A DNA stretch of 64,000 nucleotides from Antechinus flavipes (taxonomy: Eukaryota), in the NCBI RefSeq assembly GCF_016432865.1, contig NC_067399.1:655836001-655900000 (forward strand). Reading direction: 5' to 3'. The position numbers and the translations under genes were made by a program. The first letter of the stretch is position 1. Every line of letters begins with the position of its first letter. The notes beneath the pieces are model-generated. The model was not told the DNA's origin, made no database searches, and saw nothing but the letters and a program-made list of their open reading frames with translations. This document shows, piece by piece, positions 12,223 to 24,051 of the stretch.

Positions 12223-13688
12223 TCAAAGTACATGTTTGGAAGGAAACAATAAGAGTCCCTTGGAAGATCTGAGCAAATCTTGAAGGAAACATTTTAAAGA
12301 AGTAAGGAACGGAAGGAAATCTCTTCTAGGCAAGGGGGCAGTCAGGACCAGTCATGGAGAAGGAAGATGAAGGGCTGTGTAGAAGCAGCCATTTGGACTG
12401 GAGCATATAGTACAGCAAGGAGCCTAATGGGTAATTAGGATGGAAGAGTAAATCAGAGTCAAGACATGAAGGATTGTGAAGAAGGCCGGAGATTCTTTCT
12501 AGCTCGAAATCTAGAACCCTGCGCTTCTTTGTATTCATCAATCATTTATCAAGCAAGGAACTCTGGATAGGTGCCTTTACCTCAGTACCTTAACTTAGTC
12601 CACTGCCTTTTATTTTCCTCATCTGGAAAAAGGGGGCAGAAGCAGAGACTTCTTTAGAAGAAGCTGCTCTAAAAGAGTAGATAGATTTATTTTACCTTTG
12701 GGTCAAGAGCCCATTTTAGGCTCTAGGAGAAGAAATCAAATGGAGCACAAAATATCTTTTAATTTATTAATTGCCAAATAAAGAAAAGGAAATCAACCCC
12801 AGAGAGGAGAGAAGGAGTCACAGGACCACTTTCTTGGCTTTAGTTTCTAATGAGCAGAGAACCACAGCCTCCAGCCACCATAGCAAGCCTTGGTGAGGAG
12901 TTAGCAATTGCCTGGGGCTGGAAATATCTTTGATCGAGAGGCCCAGGCAGGATTCCTAAGACCTGGAGCTCATTTAGAGCTCCTTTGTCAGCTCTTCTCA
13001 TTTCACAGGTGAGGAGGCAAAGGCCATATATGACAAAGGGAAAGCAAGGTTAACAAAAATGTTTTTTCTTTTTTTCCTATTCAAGTTTACAGACTCCTTG
13101 ATCTCTGGTCCAGGTTAAAAACCCCAGAAATGCTTAATCTTCGCCTGTGATCTGCCTGTGATAGACTGATTGATTGATTGGAAGCAAAGAACTTTGGGTC
13201 CAAAGTCCACATTTACTATTAACTGTGTTACCTCTGGCAAGCAGATTTACCTCTGTCCTCTGTAAAATGACAGGTGGTGCAGTGGATAGAGCATAGGACT
13301 GGGCAGTCAGGAAGACCAGACATTCCTTCCCTGGCTGTGTGAGTTCTAAGCCAGTCACCTCATTTCTTTGAGCCTCAGTTTCCTGATCTGTAAAATGGAT
13401 GCAAAAATACTGACTAGCCAAATGGAGCCACAACAACATAAAAAGCTCACCGTGGTCAAACTAGGAGGAAAGTCATGGACCCCTCTGGCAGTCATTCTGG
13501 TTAAGCCTATAGACCCCTTTTCAGGTTAATGATTTAAATGCAGAGGATTGGAATAAAAGCAAAGTTAGTGGACATTGTGATGTCATTTTTTCCCACCCAA
13601 GTTCACAGACTCCCTTAAATCTGCTCATGGACCCCAACTTCAGAATCCCTGATCTGGAAGTTAAGAAGGAATGCATAGGACAACTTAC

Positions 13689-13718
13689 ACATCCCAAACG
13701 ATGGCAGCTCTGTCCCAT
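13689..13718 (-). CDS. HK1: HK1 sperm/testis-specific N-terminal coding exon 1 (MGQSCHRLGC); whole exon 13689-13777
   Basis: Acceptor ctatcttctcttctttcctcctcaatctgaccttcaccag at 13778-13779. The 59-nt leader has an in-frame TGA and a strong Kozak (acaATGG). 30 coding nt end at a perfect gtaagt donor (13683-13688). MGQSCHR matches recalled human MGQICQR and mouse MGQNCQR. Confidence 0.85.
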
Positions 13719-15423
13719 TGTAGTTAATGGGAGGGTGGGCGATCTGGACCTCCGCTCCTTTCTCCTCAGTCAGCCAGCTGGTGAAGGTCAGATTGAGGAG
13801 GAAAGAAGAGAAGATAGACAGACTCAGGTTCTAACCTGTTTCCTACCTGCGTGCCTCAGTTTGTCCAAACCTCACCCTTGGGTTCTTCCCACTTCAAGAG
13901 GCTTTGATGCTAAGGGGTTCCCTGGCAGTTGACTGAGGATGGCCAATCCACCACAGACTGGTGTCTGCCAACAGACCACCATCCTTCCTTGTGGGAATTT
14001 CTATTTGTAGCCCATGGTTAGGAACTGCTCTCAAGGACATATTGTCCTTTTCACCAACTAAAGACTTTAAAGGGTCTTAAAGATAGAGCTAGAAGGGACC
14101 TGAGTAACTATCTCGCCCAACCTTCTCATTTTACAGATGGGGAAACTGAGATCCAAGTCAGTTAAGTGATTTGTTCAAGGTCTTCCTGACTCCAAATCCA
14201 ATGTCCCATCTACTACATCATTATTCTTGGCCTAGTTTAGCGGGAAAAACACTAATTTTCCAGTCAAATAATCTAGGTTAAAATCTTGTCTCTATTCCTT
14301 ACTAGCTACAAGCTCCCTCAGTCAAGATAATTGATCTCCCCAGGCCTCAGTTTCCTCATCTGTAAATTGAGACAGTGAGACTAGATGGTCTCTGAGGTTC
14401 CCTCCTGTTCTGAACCTCTGAGCCCATTCTTCCTAATAGAAAGGATAATTTCAAGGAAAGTATCAAACAGTGGGTAATTATCATTTCTGTTTTGATTTGA
14501 CATATATTTGGTGACTTTCTAAAATGTCCGATTGCATTTAAATAATATTTGATTTTTATTAATAATAAGAATTAGTTGCATTTCCAGAAAAATTTCCAAC
14601 CAATAGATAATAGGAGATTGTGAAAGAGAAAAAGGGCAGAAGCATCCTGCCCATTGGAGGAAAGACACTGGGAATTTAACATTTGACACAGAAAATCCGC
14701 AGCATTATCATGAATGGGTCATGTATGGAAATGAAACGGGGAAAAAATATATTCCTCTGACAAAAGGCTCCACGCCCATTTGCATAGTGAATTTTTGGGC
14801 AAAAGATAGTGAATGAAGGGATTTGTGACCATGCGGTTGATGTAACTGATGACAGCTAAATAATACTCTAAAGTTTGCAAACGGTACTGCAGGGACCATC
14901 ATTCCCATTTCACAGATGACAAAATTGAAGTTCAGAGAATATCAATGACTTGTCCAAGTTCATACAGTAGGGGAGATGAAATCAAACCTACATCTTCTAA
15001 CTTTCAAGTCTAGAACTCCCAAGTCATTATCCCATTATCCCATACTGCCTCTCAAAAAATCACAACAAGTATGTTAACCACCACATCAGGACCCTTTTGG
15101 AAGCTTCCCACTGAAGGCAGATAATCCTGGCAAATGGACTGAAAACTGACATTGAATGATAACAGGATTGATTTAAGAATAATAAACGTCACGGTGTTCT
15201 CTTGTAGTCTACTCTTGGGAAATGACTTAGACAGGCAGACATCCTGTGACTTTTTCAGGGATGCAGGACTATATTCCCCCTTCCCCACCCGCCCCGTCTC
15301 CAGCATCCTTCCATCTGCTGTCTTCCCTACTAGAATGTAACTCATGGAGACCAGGAATTGTCTTTTTTACTTCAATTTATATTCTCAATGCTTAGTTGCA
15401 CTTTTCATAGACTAAGCATTTAA

Positions 15424-15900
15424 CAATCTATCATCTATCTAACATCTATTTTATGTCACATGTCAATCTATCTCAACTGTTATATCTATCATAGCTATTA
15501 TCTATATCTATCATATTGTATATCTATTTATCATATCTGTCTTCCATTTTATCTAGCATGTATCAGTTTATCTAATCATCTATTACCCATTATATCTAAA
15601 ATATCAATTGATCTCAACTGTCTATATCTATTATATCTATCATATTCAATCCTCTACTTATGATTATTATAGCTACCATTTATCTATCATCAATTTATCT
15701 ATATCTCTTATATCTATAATCTATTATATTAATTTCTATCTATATTGTATCTATCATCTATCCATATCTATTTTATCTATCATCACTATTATTAATCTAC
15801 ATCTGTTATATCTATCATCTATTTATCATCTCTATCATCTATTATACTTATCAAATATCAATCACCTATCTAGTCTATTATATCTATCATCTATTTGTCT
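15424..15900. repeat. degenerate (TATC/ATCT)n low-complexity tract
   Basis: ~480 bp of decayed tatc/atct units. Confidence 0.9.
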
Positions 15901-16539
15901 GTCAGGTCAAGTCTTGGACCCAGGTCTTCCTGGCTCTCTAGTCTTTTTCCTATGCTGACCCTGAACAAACATAGAATATGGATTCATCAATCAACTCCTT
16001 GACAGTTTTTGGACAGGTTTTGCTTTTTGGAAAGGCAATTTGGTGGAATGGTTACTGTTGGATCTCGAGTCAGGAAAAAACTAAATTTAAATTCCACATC
16101 AGACACACACAATGTGTGACCCTGGGAAATTGACTTAATGCCTTTAAGATTCCTTTTCTGCAAAAAGAGAAGAATAATTGTATCTAACCTCCCGGGGTTC
16201 CCTTGAAGATCAAAAGGGATAATGAGTGTCAAGTGTTTTGCAAACCTTAAAGGACCATAGAAATGTTAATTATTCTTGTGCTCCGCCCCCCCACCTCCCA
16301 CTAGGCCTGGAAGAACTCAGTAGATACTTAATTCTTGTTTAAATTATTTGCTGAAGGGAATAATAAACAAGGGAAAGTATGCATATTCATTGAAAAGGTT
16401 AAGTTAATTTGTCCCAGTGTGAGCTAACCTTAGTGACTCCTTTTCTAGAATGAGGGGACTTATGCATTATTTATTCAACATTTATTAATTAATTACCTAT
16501 GGTGTGCAGAATACTGAGCTTGATAACATGTGGATTAGA

Positions 16540-17340
16540 TGCTAGCACTGCTGTCCAGAAGGCTACTGTCTAGTAAGCACTCCTCCTCCTCCTCTCCCCC
16601 TCCCTTCATCCTCACGGCCGACCCCCAAACTGTTGTCCTGGTGGATCAATCTGGCAACATCTCCCTAATCACCCCCCATCTCCATTCTTTCTCTTGGGGC
16701 ATTGACCCAACCCCAGAGCAGGCCCTTCTCATTTCAACTCTTAATTACTGTCAGAGCTCTCTTCTCTCCCCACTCCAATCCATTCTTGATTCAGCCACCA
16801 AAGGGATTTCCCTAAAGCTCCTAAAAAGCTCCACTTTTTTCTAAAATGACTATGACATCTCCTATCAAGTAAACTCCAGTGGCTCCCTGTCACCTCCAGG
16901 ATCCAATACAAAATGCTCTTTTTGGCATTCAGCTCCCCTTCACTTCCTTCACTTCACACCTTACTCCCCAACATGTACCCTTCAATCCAGTGACCCTCAC
17001 CTCCTGGCTGTTCCATCTCTCAGCTCCGGGCATTTTCTATGGCTATCCCCCATGCCTGGAAAGCTCTCCCTCTTCTGCTCCCTTTACTTAGACCTCTCTG
17101 CTTCCTTTAAGTTCCGACTAACATCTCACCTCCCAGAGGAAGCTTTCCCCATCACCTCTTCATTTCGTTGTCTTCCCCCTCAATCATTTCCTATCTGTTC
17201 CACATGGAGTGCGCCTGTCCACATTCTATGTGTTTACATATCCATCAGATTGTAGGCTCTTGGAGGACAGGGACTATCTTTTGCCTTTTTTTGCATCCCC
17301 AGTCTTTCACAGAGTACGAAATATTTACTGACTGACTAAT
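16540..17340 (+). mobile_element. L2 LINE 3' fragment
   Basis: cagtggctccc...ggatccaatacaaaatgctc...tagattgtaggctcttggaggacagggact...ttactgactgact tail. Confidence 0.7.
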
Positions 17341-17999
17341 AAATATAAACAATAACAAAAACAACAACAATAGCTAGCATTTTAGCTTATAATCAAAGGG
17401 AAGAAATAGCAGAGAAGAGAACTGAGGATCTATTTTCCAACAATGTGGTCTTGGTCATCTTCCTGAACCTTGTGGAGTAGAAACGACAGCTCCTATAGAT
17501 ACTCCTATCCACAAGTACACTCAATTCCTCTAACCAATCAATTAGTTAAGAAGCATCTGTTAGCAACTATTTTGTATCACTTGCTAGGGACAAAGACAAA
17601 AGTAGCAATGCTCGCCCTCAAAATGCTCACCCTCAAAATGCTCCCTTTATATCAGGGGAGACCAGCATAGAGCAGATATATAAAAAATAAATCCCAAATT
17701 ATTTGGGGCTGGAGGGGGTTCAGGAAAGGGTTTCTGCTGAAGGTGGCCTTTGCACTGGGTCTCAAAGAAAAGAAGAAATTCTAAGAGGCAGGGACGAGGA
17801 GGGAGTGTGTTCCTGGCAGGAAGCACAGCCAATGCAATGGCCGGGAGATGGGAGGAACAAAGGGATCAGTTTGAGAAAGGACAGTAATGGATAATGTTGG
17901 AAAGGTTTGATGGGGGCAGGATGGACAGGTTTCAGAAGCCAGAGGGTTGATAGGTTAGCCTGATGGGAATAGGGATCTGACATTCGAACGTATATGTTA

Positions 18000-18500
18000 G
18001 CAAACCTTAGCCATCATCTACTCTTGTATTCCCCCAAACATATCATGATCCCTGAAATGTGGCACTGCTTCAGATCCTTGACAACAGCTAACAGGTGCCC
18101 TCTGGAGGCTTCTCTTCTACAGAGAATCACTCTCAGTGCCTTCCCCTGATCCTCAAGGACCTTTCGCATCCTGCTTGCTTTCCTCCAGAAGCTCCCCAGC
18201 TGATCACTGTCCTTCCTAAACTGTGTTGTCCAGGACTGAACACAACTCTGCATGAGGAGACTACAGTAGGACTTTTTAATCACCCTGTTCCCAGAAGCTC
18301 TGTCATTTTGGTGTAGCCCAGACTTCGCTAGTTTTTCCAGTTGTTAAATAATGCTGCTTGTGGTCCACTAAAACCCCCAGATCTTTTTCAGAACAATTGC
18401 TGTCTAACCGTGATTCCCCTATCTTGAGCTTGTGAAATGGATTTTTTAGACCTGTGTGCAAGATTTTTCTCTACTGAATTCTTAGTCAGTTCTAGCCTGA
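18000..18500 (-). mobile_element. L3/CR1 LINE fragment
   Basis: ORF 18014-18283 (CVQSWTTQFRKDSDQLGSFWRKASRMRKVLE...RGHLLAVVKDLKQCH) resembles the CR1 RT C-terminus CVQFWAPQFKKDIDKLERVQRRATRM...RGDLIAVFKYLKGCH. Confidence 0.8.
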
Positions 18501-18629
18501 ATCCACATATTCACAGAGAATCTTTGTATCCAAAGGGATCTCAGGGTCCAGCTAATCCACCCTGTATCTGAGAAGATTTGCTTCCTACAACACACACAGG
18601 TATCCAGCTTTGCTTGAAGATTTATTTAT

Positions 18630-18792
18630 TTTTATTATTTTAGTTTTTTTTGCTGAGGAAATTGGGGTTAAGTGACTTGCCCAGGGTCACACAGTTGGGA
18701 AATGTTAAGTGTCGAAGATCAAATTAAGTGTCAAACTCAGGTCCTCCTGACTTCAAGGCTGGTGATCTATCATAGCGCCACCTAGCTGCTCC
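18630..18792 (-). mobile_element. WSINE1-type SINE
   Basis: tgctgaggaaattggggttaagtgacttgcccagggtcacacag...gcgccacctagctgc. Confidence 0.8.
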
Positions 18793-19959
18793 CTCCCTGA
18801 AGATTTTTAATCTCGCTCATTGAGATAGTTCATTCCACTTCTGCTCAGCACCAATGGCTAGGAAGTTCTTGCTTAAATTAAGAGAAAAACTTCCTTTTTG
18901 CAAAATGATGCCAGAACTTCTAGGACTGCCCTCTCAGGCCAGGTGGAAGACTTTAACCACATCCTCATCCTAAGTCCTCTCTTCTCTAGTCCAAACATCT
19001 CCAGGAGCTCCTAAAAAGGATCTTCCTATCAGCCAATCAAGAAACATTCATAAAGCACCTACTAGGTGTCAGGCACATGGCAAAATCTCCAGACCCTTCC
19101 CCATCAGGGTATTACTTACTCCGGGTCACTCAATGTTGAATACCCAAGATACAGTGCATCCTCTAGGAAACACCCCACCCCCACCCCCACCTTGGAAGTC
19201 AATGCTCTGGACAAAAGGCCTGATTGTTCTCTCCCAGTTAAGCCCCTCCCACTTTAGAGAGGAAACTGTGACCTGCCACCCAGAGGAAGACCAGTAACGA
19301 AGAGGGGGCAGGACTGGAATCTGAAGGGGTGCAGCTTCCCTGCGGAGCCCCCCTTGCCTCTCACATACCCGTTTCCGGTTGCCTTTTGTTATAAGCTGTT
19401 TGTTTGAGTTTTCATTTTTCCACAAGGACAGCACATGCCCTCTCCTGTAATCCCCCCAAGTTTTCTTGGTGGGAGCAGGAACCCTGGATCTATTTGCCCT
19501 TTTCCTCGTCCGTCTGCTGCCACAAAGCTCCGGGCAAAAGTCCTTCAGTTAGTTGGTGGGTGCTCTGATAACAGAAGGACAAAGATGCATTTGTCAGAAA
19601 AGCAAGGCTCTCAGAAGGGCCTGGACTGGCCTGGCTAAGCCAGTACAGGCAACAACAACAAAAAAAAAGGGGACTGGCTGGAGGCGTGTTACAATGGTCC
19701 AGAGAGGAAATCATGGGATCCACTATGTGACCTTAGGGAAGTAATTTCCATTTCCCCCACCTCCTATTCTGTGTAAAATGAACAACAGAGCCATAATTGG
19801 GAATTTTTGCCCCCGGGGACAAGCAAAGTAGCAAGAATAGCTCAGTTGCTCTTAGTTATAGCTCTGATGAAGTTTGGATTAGATCATTTGATGTTTATAA
19901 GTCAGTTTCAGAGGGGTGAGTCTCTGAAATGGATGGGAAATAATAATTTTTTATGTTTT

Positions 19960-21420
19960 AAACATTATTACTTCATACTATTTTATTCTAATTCTATGTA
20001 AGGCTAGTTTCAACATTCATCTTTGTAAGAATTTGAGCTCCAAATGTTTCTCCTTCTCTTCCCCCCTTCCTTCCATCCTTCCCCAAGCTAGCAAGCAATC
20101 TTAAATAGATTTTAATAGATTTAATAGGTCTTTAAAAGATTAAACATGTGCAATCGTGTTGAACATATTTTCACATTCATCATGCTGTGAAAGAAGACTC
20201 AGAACAAAAGGGAAAAACCACGAGGAAGAAAAAGCAAACAAACAAATAAAAATAGTGTTCTTGAATCTTCATTCAACCCCATAATTCTTATTCTGAATGT
20301 GGATTACATTTTCCATCACAAGTCCCCTGGAACTGCCTTGGATCCCCCACATTGCTGAGAAGAGCTAAGTCTATCATACTTGATCATTGCACAATGTTGC
20401 TATTACTGCATACAATGTATTCCTGCCTCTGCTCACTTTACTCAGTTCAAATAAGTCTTTCTAGATTTTTTTGAAATTTCCCTGCTCATCATTTCTCTGA
20501 GCACAGCAGTATTCCATTATCTTCATATCCCATATTTTTTTCCAACCATTCCCCAATAGAGCGACATCCCCTCAATTTCCAGCTCTTTGGCACCACAAAA
20601 AGAGCTGCTATAAATGTTTTTGCACACAAAGATCCTTTCCCTTTTATTTTTACGATCTCTTTAGGATATAAGCCCAATAGAAGCACTACTGGATCAAAAA
20701 GTATGCATAGTTTTAGAGCCCTTTGGGCATCATTCCAAATTGCTCTCCAGAATGGCTGGATCAGTTCACAACTCAATCAACAAAAATGCATTAGAAACAA
20801 TTCGCTTTAGTTCCAATTTTTCTACATCTTCAACATTTTTTTCTTTTTTTCTTTTTGTCATATTGATCAATCTGATAGGTATGAGTTGGTACCTGGGATT
20901 TGTTTTAATTTGAATTTCTTTAACCAATAGTAATTTAGAATATTTTTATATGACTATGGACAGTTTTAATTTCTTTTTAAAAATATTTTTTTTTATTATA
21001 GGTTTTTATTGACAGTACATATGCATGGGTAATTTTTCAACATTGTCCCTTGCATTCACTTCTGTTCCAACATTACCCTTCCCTCTCTTCCCCCTTCCCC
21101 TAGATGGCAGGCAGTCTCATACACATTAAACATGTTAAAGTATATCTTAGATACAATATATCTGCACAGATCTGTACAGTTCTCTTGTTGCACAAGAACA
21201 ATCAGATTCAGAAGGGAAAAATAACCTGGGAAGAAAAATAAAAATGCAAGTAGTCCACATTCATTTCCCAGTGTTCTTTCTCTGGGTGTAGCTGATTCTG
21301 AACAGCTTTAAATTCATTTGAAAACTGTCTGTTCATATCTTTTGGTCATTTATCAATTGGGAAATGATTTGTATTCTTATAAATTTGACTGAAGTTTCTA
21401 TATATTTGAGAAAAGAGGTC
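19960..21420 (-). mobile_element. marsupial L1 3' fragments (older copy with a younger L1 3' end nested at ~20985-21300)
   Basis: ORF 20489-20776 (WRAIWNDAQRALKLCILFDP...LGLYPKEI...KTFIAALFVV..WK) is the L1 ORF2 C-terminus. Confidence 0.8.
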
Positions 21421-23919
21421 TTTGTCAGAAACACTGGATGGAAAAATTAATAGGAAATATTATATGTACTTTTCACTACCTCAAACATTTCCTTCAATTA
21501 TTTTAAAATATGATTCTGAGAAAAGATCACAGGCTTCACCAGAGTACCAAAGGGGGTCCATGAAATTAAAAAAAAATGAATCCCTGCCCTGGAGGACTTC
21601 TGGGGTTCCTTATAACCCTAAATCTGCAGAAAGGAGTAGCTCCTCAACGTCAATAGAGTTTCTCATTTGATTCACACAACGGTCCACACACCAGGCAGGG
21701 CAGGAACTCATGGAATCCTCAAACGCCAGGACTTTCTCATAGCTGGTGGTGTTTTCAGAAATACTTTTGTTTAATCCATTGGGGAGAAGGAGAAAGTTGA
21801 GTTTCAAGTCATTTTTTCAGTCATGTCTGACACATCACGATCCCATTGGGAACTTTCTTGGCATTTTTTTTTCATTTCCTTTCCTAGCTCTTTTAAGATT
21901 CTAGAAGGGGAAAGTGAGGCAATCAGGGTTAAGTGACTTGGCCAGGTAAGCTGGTAAGTGTCTGAGGCCAGATTTGAACTCACAAAGATGAGTTTTCCTA
22001 ACTCGAAGTCCAGGAAGGGATTGTACAAGGTGGTGGTGAGGGGCTAAGCCTTTCAAGACTTGGAAGCAGGAAGCTCAGAGGGGACAAGATACTTCAGTTT
22101 GATAAGTAGCATAGGACCTGAGTTCAAATACTGACCCTAACATTCCTGATATAACCTCCAGCTATTCATTTAGGTCTCAGTTTTCTCATCTATAAAATGA
22201 GGCAATAGGACTATATGCCTCTAAGGTCTTCTCCTGCTCTAAATCAGTCAGTCTAAGAAGTCCTTTTGCATTTTTAGGCAATTCTCCACTGGGTGGAGGG
22301 AGACCCCCTTGCAGTGACTTTGGTTCTAGATGCATTTTCTGGAATCAGAGAATCCTGGAAGTGGAAGGGATCTCAAAGCCCAACTAATCCAACTTGAACA
22401 GGAAATCTTGTCACCATCACTCTTAAAGATGTCATGACTGACTGAACGAATAAGCATTTATTAAATGCTCACTATATACCCAGCATGATGCTAAGTGTCA
22501 GGGTTACAAATACAGAGCTGAAGAGATCACATGGCCACGCTCAGTTCGTCCTTTCTCAGATCCTGCAGCCTTTACTATCTGGCAGGGACTTTGGAAGGGA
22601 TCGTCTGAGATAAGATCAGGTAGGGTGAGTCTTCCAGCGATGGGGAGCTCATTACTTTTCCAAGATCATACTTAGCATTAGAGCTCAAGGAGACTTTGAA
22701 GATCTAATCTTTCACTTCATAGATGAGGAAACTGAGGATCAGGACACTGCCCCAGGAATCAAACATTATCCTGCTTCTCCACATTCTATGGTCCTCCGCA
22801 TGGCCAAGAATCACACAAGATGGTGGTTGACTCCCAGGATGTAGAAGTGGAAAGAACTCAGAGAGAACTCAGAGCCCCTACCCTGGTGGAGAAAATGTCC
22901 CCGCATCTCTGGACCTGACTAGTCCCAAAGAACTGCGGATTTCAGGGTCTGAGGAACTGGGTTCAAATTCTGATTCTACCACTTATTACCTGTGTGACTC
23001 CTCTGGGCCTCAATGTCCCTATTTGCAAAATGAGGGGTTTCATGGTCCCCTCCAGTGAGAACTTTATGACTATTCATTAACCTAGACAGTTACTTTTCTG
23101 AAGAGCACAACATGTCCACTCCCCCCCCCAAAAAAAGAAAAGAAGTAGCCCCAGAAGACCTGCCACACTCACTCACTGTGAAATGTCGCCTCTGAACCAT
23201 CCTCAGCCAGAGGAGCCTCAGGACCGAGGAGCCGAAGGGCAGGATCCCTGGCTCGGGGAACTCTCGCAAGTGCCCAGTTCATTCACGGGTGCCGATGAGC
23301 CTGGGAAGGGCCCTTGCCAGAGCATGTCCTGGTCAGACAGATGAACTCCATCTCCCGACAGCTGAAAGACCCGGTCAGCTCCGGGGTCCCCCCAACCCCT
23401 TTTCAGCACCAGCCTGCAGATGTGTATTGAACTCAAGCCTGGCCAGCGCTGGAAGCCAAAGACTTGCTAATCTCGAGGGAAAAATGTTAGCAATGTGCTC
23501 CCACAGTGTCCTGGCCTGGGAATCACGGAGTGGGGAGAGAGGAGGAGGAGGGGCTGGCTTCTCAGTCCATATCCCCCGACCCCCTCCTCCCAGGGCTGGC
23601 CGGTCCCCTTCGGGTGGCCCTTGGACCACTGGGGAATAGGAATGGCCGGCCCCAGCTGCCCGCCTCTGCTCCATCTCCGGAGAGGCCCCCTGGATGCCAA
23701 GAAGTGACTCGGCACTCTGACCAGTGAAGGCCTGGAACTGGCTCCTGCTCTCCATCTGCTCAGGACAGCCCTTTGTGAGAAGTCCAGTATTGTCTGGGAC
23801 ACAAAACATGGCTAGGACCCAAAACACCAACATTTAGCAGTAAATGATGAGCATCTGTCCTGTTCCAATCGCTCAGTGCCCCCCAAATCCACTCCCTCTT
23901 CATCTTCACTTCTCAGAAG

Positions 23920-24051
23920 CTTCTGCTTTCTTCAGCCTTCAGCCCACGGCCAGGGGGCTATTTGGTCTCCATCCCTGGCAAGTAACTTCTGCTTCCTTAA
24001 GCCTTCAGCCCACGGCCAGGGGGCCGTTTGATCTCCATCCCTGGCAAGTTC
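23920..24051. repeat. tandem duplication of a 66-bp segment (2 copies)
   Basis: cttctgctttcttcagccttcagcccacggccagggggctatttggtctccatccctggcaagt at 23920 and near-identical at 23986. Confidence 0.93.

Noticed and set aside
12581-12622. 42-nt segment with good acceptor and gtaaag donor between the HK1S leader exons
   Set aside because: Stops in all three frames and resembles a MIR core remnant (ccagatgaggaaa); at most a poison pseudo-exon
15460-15958. Ile/Tyr/Ser/Leu-rich ORFs (also 33092-33354, 49104-49368, 50254-50789)
   Set aside because: Translations of simple-sequence repeats
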